A DNA stretch of 64,000 nt from Malacoraja senta. Lineage: Eukaryota. Positions 61,489 to 64,000 of the stretch are shown here, piece by piece (position 1 is the stretch's first letter; every line of letters begins with the position of its first letter). Location of the stretch: NCBI GenBank assembly GCA_038087875.1, contig CM075991.1, positions 13,394,001-13,458,000 on the forward strand, read 5' to 3'. Both the position numbers and the translations under genes were made by a program. Below the pieces are notes generated by a model, which did not search any database, was not told the origin of the DNA, and saw nothing but the letters and a program-made list of their open reading frames with translations.

Positions 61489-61641
61489 TTCAGTACCTCC
61501 GGACTCCTCCAAAATAATATGTAGCAGGCGAATGTATTCTGATGCAGCTCTGAGCACGTGCACTTTGCTTGGTTTTCGATCTTTAGCAATCAAGGGCACA
61601 ACACTCTTGAGCATTGAAAAACCACCGTTTATGCTCTGGAT
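61489..61641 (-). CDS. FIGLA: FIGLA (factor in the germline alpha) HLH-encoding exon
   Basis: ttatttcag|[51 protein letters not shown]|gtaagg; 153 nt, phase 0-0; helix-loop-helix with the RKPSKV signature; next to ADD2 as in human. The basic-region exon was not found and is presumably beyond 64000. Confidence 0.88.
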
Positions 61642-62738
61642 CTGAAATAATTACATATTTTCTGAGAAACTGCACATCAAGAACATTACAGCCTTTACAT
61701 TTGAGGTTTTCACTAATAATTTAAAGGATAAAATACAATCAAATAGCAAAGTCAGCAAGACATCATTTCAGTTTCAGTTGTCTAACATAACCTGATGGTT
61801 ACTTCCTTGCAGTGAATTTCAATGTGCTACTAGTTTAAATAATATTTAGTGGATATGGCAACTTTTAACTGCTCAAAACCTTTTACTTCCAGGATGAAGA
61901 ACATTTGAAAACTTCCACTTTACAAGCAAAAAAATAAATAAAAATGTAATTGCAGTATTCAAATCTGGACAATTATGTCTCTTTTTGACCAAATCTATAT
62001 TAACCCAAAAATAATTCATAACCACTCAGATGATAAACAATTTTAAGATTTAAGTTTTTTCTATTTATCCAAATGAGTTATCGGGATTGAGTTCTGGACA
62101 TTGATCTAGAAATGCAAGTTCCAATCCCACTCTATCAAAGGACTTTAAAGTCAAATAATGAAATTAATATGGATGTTCTTTAAAAATTTGGAACCTGTAG
62201 TTTGAAAAGACTCTTTAATGGGATTAGCAGACTGTCTTTGTAAAGCCCACATTCTGAAACTATCATAAATTACCAGAGAAACACCATGCCAATTTAAATA
62301 CTCGCATCCAATTCATGTGGGTTCCAGGACTTAATTACACGAGCCTCTTAATAACCTACCCAACTTGCTTTTCCTATTCCAGTTGTTTGTCATAGTTATC
62401 ACACCCAGAACCACCCGCTAAAGGAATTAAATCAAATACCAAGCATGACTACATCGCTGCTTAATGTATTTCCAATAATTCCGTGGTAGTTTCCTGACAG
62501 TTTCTTATGTACTTCAACTGTAATATAAAAACTGTTACATCTAAGCATTTACTAACTTCTATACAAATTGTTAATACATAAGAGAGGCAATAATAATTAT
62601 AGAACATGTTATAGAAGTTAACAGAATATTTTGCCTGTGAACAACAACTAATCCAACTATATTATATGTTTAAGAAAGAACTGCGGATGCTAGAAAAATC
62701 GAAGGTAGACAAAAATGCTGGTGAAACTCCAATTCAAA

Positions 62739-62768
62739 GTCTGAAGAAGGGTTTCCACCCGAAACGTT
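62739..62768 (+). ncRNA. Minimal hammerhead ribozyme motif
   Basis: GUCUGAAGAAGGGUUUCCACCCGAAACGUU. Confidence 0.6.
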
Positions 62769-62843
62769 GCCTATTTCCTTCGCTCCATAGATGCTGCTGC
62801 ACCCGCTGAGTTTCTCCAGCATTTTTGTGTACCTTCTTAAACC

Positions 62844-64000
62844 CTGCTGGAGAAACTCAGCGAGTGAGGCAGCATCTATGGAGCAAAGGAATAGGCGAGG
62901 TTTCAGGGGGGGGGGTAAAAGAAAGGAAGACGCGGAGACAGTAGGCTGTGGGAGAGCTGAGAAGGGGAGGGGAAGGAGGGAAAAAGCAAGGACGACCAGA
63001 AATTGGAGAAGTCAATGTTCATACCACTGGGGTGTAAACTACCCAAGCAAAATATGAGGTGCTGCTTTTCCAATTTGCAGTGGGACTCACTCTGGCCATG
63101 GATGAGGCCCAGGACAAAAAGGTCGGATTCGGAAAAAGAGGGGAAGTTGAAGTGCTGAGCCACCAGGAGATTAGATTGTTTATTGCAAACTTAGCGGAGG
63201 TGTTGGGCGAAGCAACACCAAGCCTGCACTTGGTCTCACTGATGTAGGGCAGTTGACACCTGGAACAGCAGATGCAATAGACGAGATTGGAGGAGGTGAA
63301 GGTGAACCTCTGCCTCACCTGGAAAGACTTTGGATGGAGTCGAGGGGGGAGTGAGAGGGGGGGGGGGGTAAAGCAACAAGTGTAGCATTTCCAGCAGTTG
63401 CAAGGGAAAGTAACAGGGGAGGGGGTGGTTTGGGTGGGAAGGGACGAATTTACCAGTGAGTTACGGAGGGAGCGGTCTCTGCGGAAAGCAGAAAGTGGAG
63501 GAGATGGGACGATGTGGCCAGTGGTGGGATCCCGTTGGAGGTGGCGAAAATGTCAGAGGATTATATGTTGTATGCGACGGCTGGTAGGTTGGAAGGTGAG
63601 GACAAGGGGGGTGTCCTTGTTACGAGTGGGGGGGGGGGGAGATGGAGAGTGAGAGCGGTGCTACGGGATATAGAGGAGACCATGGTGAGAGCCTCATCTA
63701 TAATCGAAGAGGGGAACCCCCGTTCCATACAGAATGAGGACATCTCTGATGCCCTGGTTTGGAACACCTCATCCTGGGTGCAGATGCAGCATAGACAGAG
63801 GAATAGGGAGTACATTGACTTCTCCAATTTCAGGTAGTCCTTGCTTTCTCCTTCGTTCCCCTCCCCAGCTCTCCTTCCTTCCTCTCCCCAGCCTACTGTC
63901 TCCACCTCTTCCTTTCTTCCCCCCCCCCACATCAGTCTGAAAAAGGGTCTCGACCCAAAATGTCACCTATTCCTTCATTCCATAGATGCTGCCTCACCTG
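62844..64000 (-). mobile_element. Penelope-like element fragment (RT thumb plus GIY-YIG endonuclease) with an inverted copy of its 3' end at about 63812-64000
   Basis: SSNLVYCICCSRCQLPYISET (GIY-YIG), KLEKQHLIFCLGSLHPSGMNIDF, RASEMSSFCMERGFPSSIIDEAL; degenerate. Confidence 0.88.

Overview
Vertebrate genomic DNA, most likely a cartilaginous fish such as a skate or ray; this is inferred from the repeat families and is not proven. Most entries in the ORF track are artefacts of minisatellites. The window holds a complete beta-adducin gene (ADD2) on the minus strand: 14 coding exons from ATG 24929 to stop 3419 (about 700 aa after repair), with a probable CpG-island first exon near 50.2-50.7 kb. 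Upstream, on the same strand, lie internal exons of the oocyte bHLH gene FIGLA, the same neighbour order as human 2p13. Introns carry a near-complete CR1 ORF2, a Rex1/Babar LINE, Tx1 and Penelope fragments, tRNA-derived SINEs and many GC-rich minisatellites. Highlights: (1) a 34-nt cassette microexon in ADD2 (4458-4491) that builds a stop codon across the last junction and removes the MARCKS-related domain, resembling the known 34-nt ADD1 exon; (2) a dispersed and tandem short repeat family derived from the Penelope 3' end that carries minimal hammerhead-ribozyme motifs; (3) four single-base frameshifts in otherwise intact ADD2 exons, probably assembly errors, one of which can be rescued by a 5' splice site duplicated in a minisatellite.
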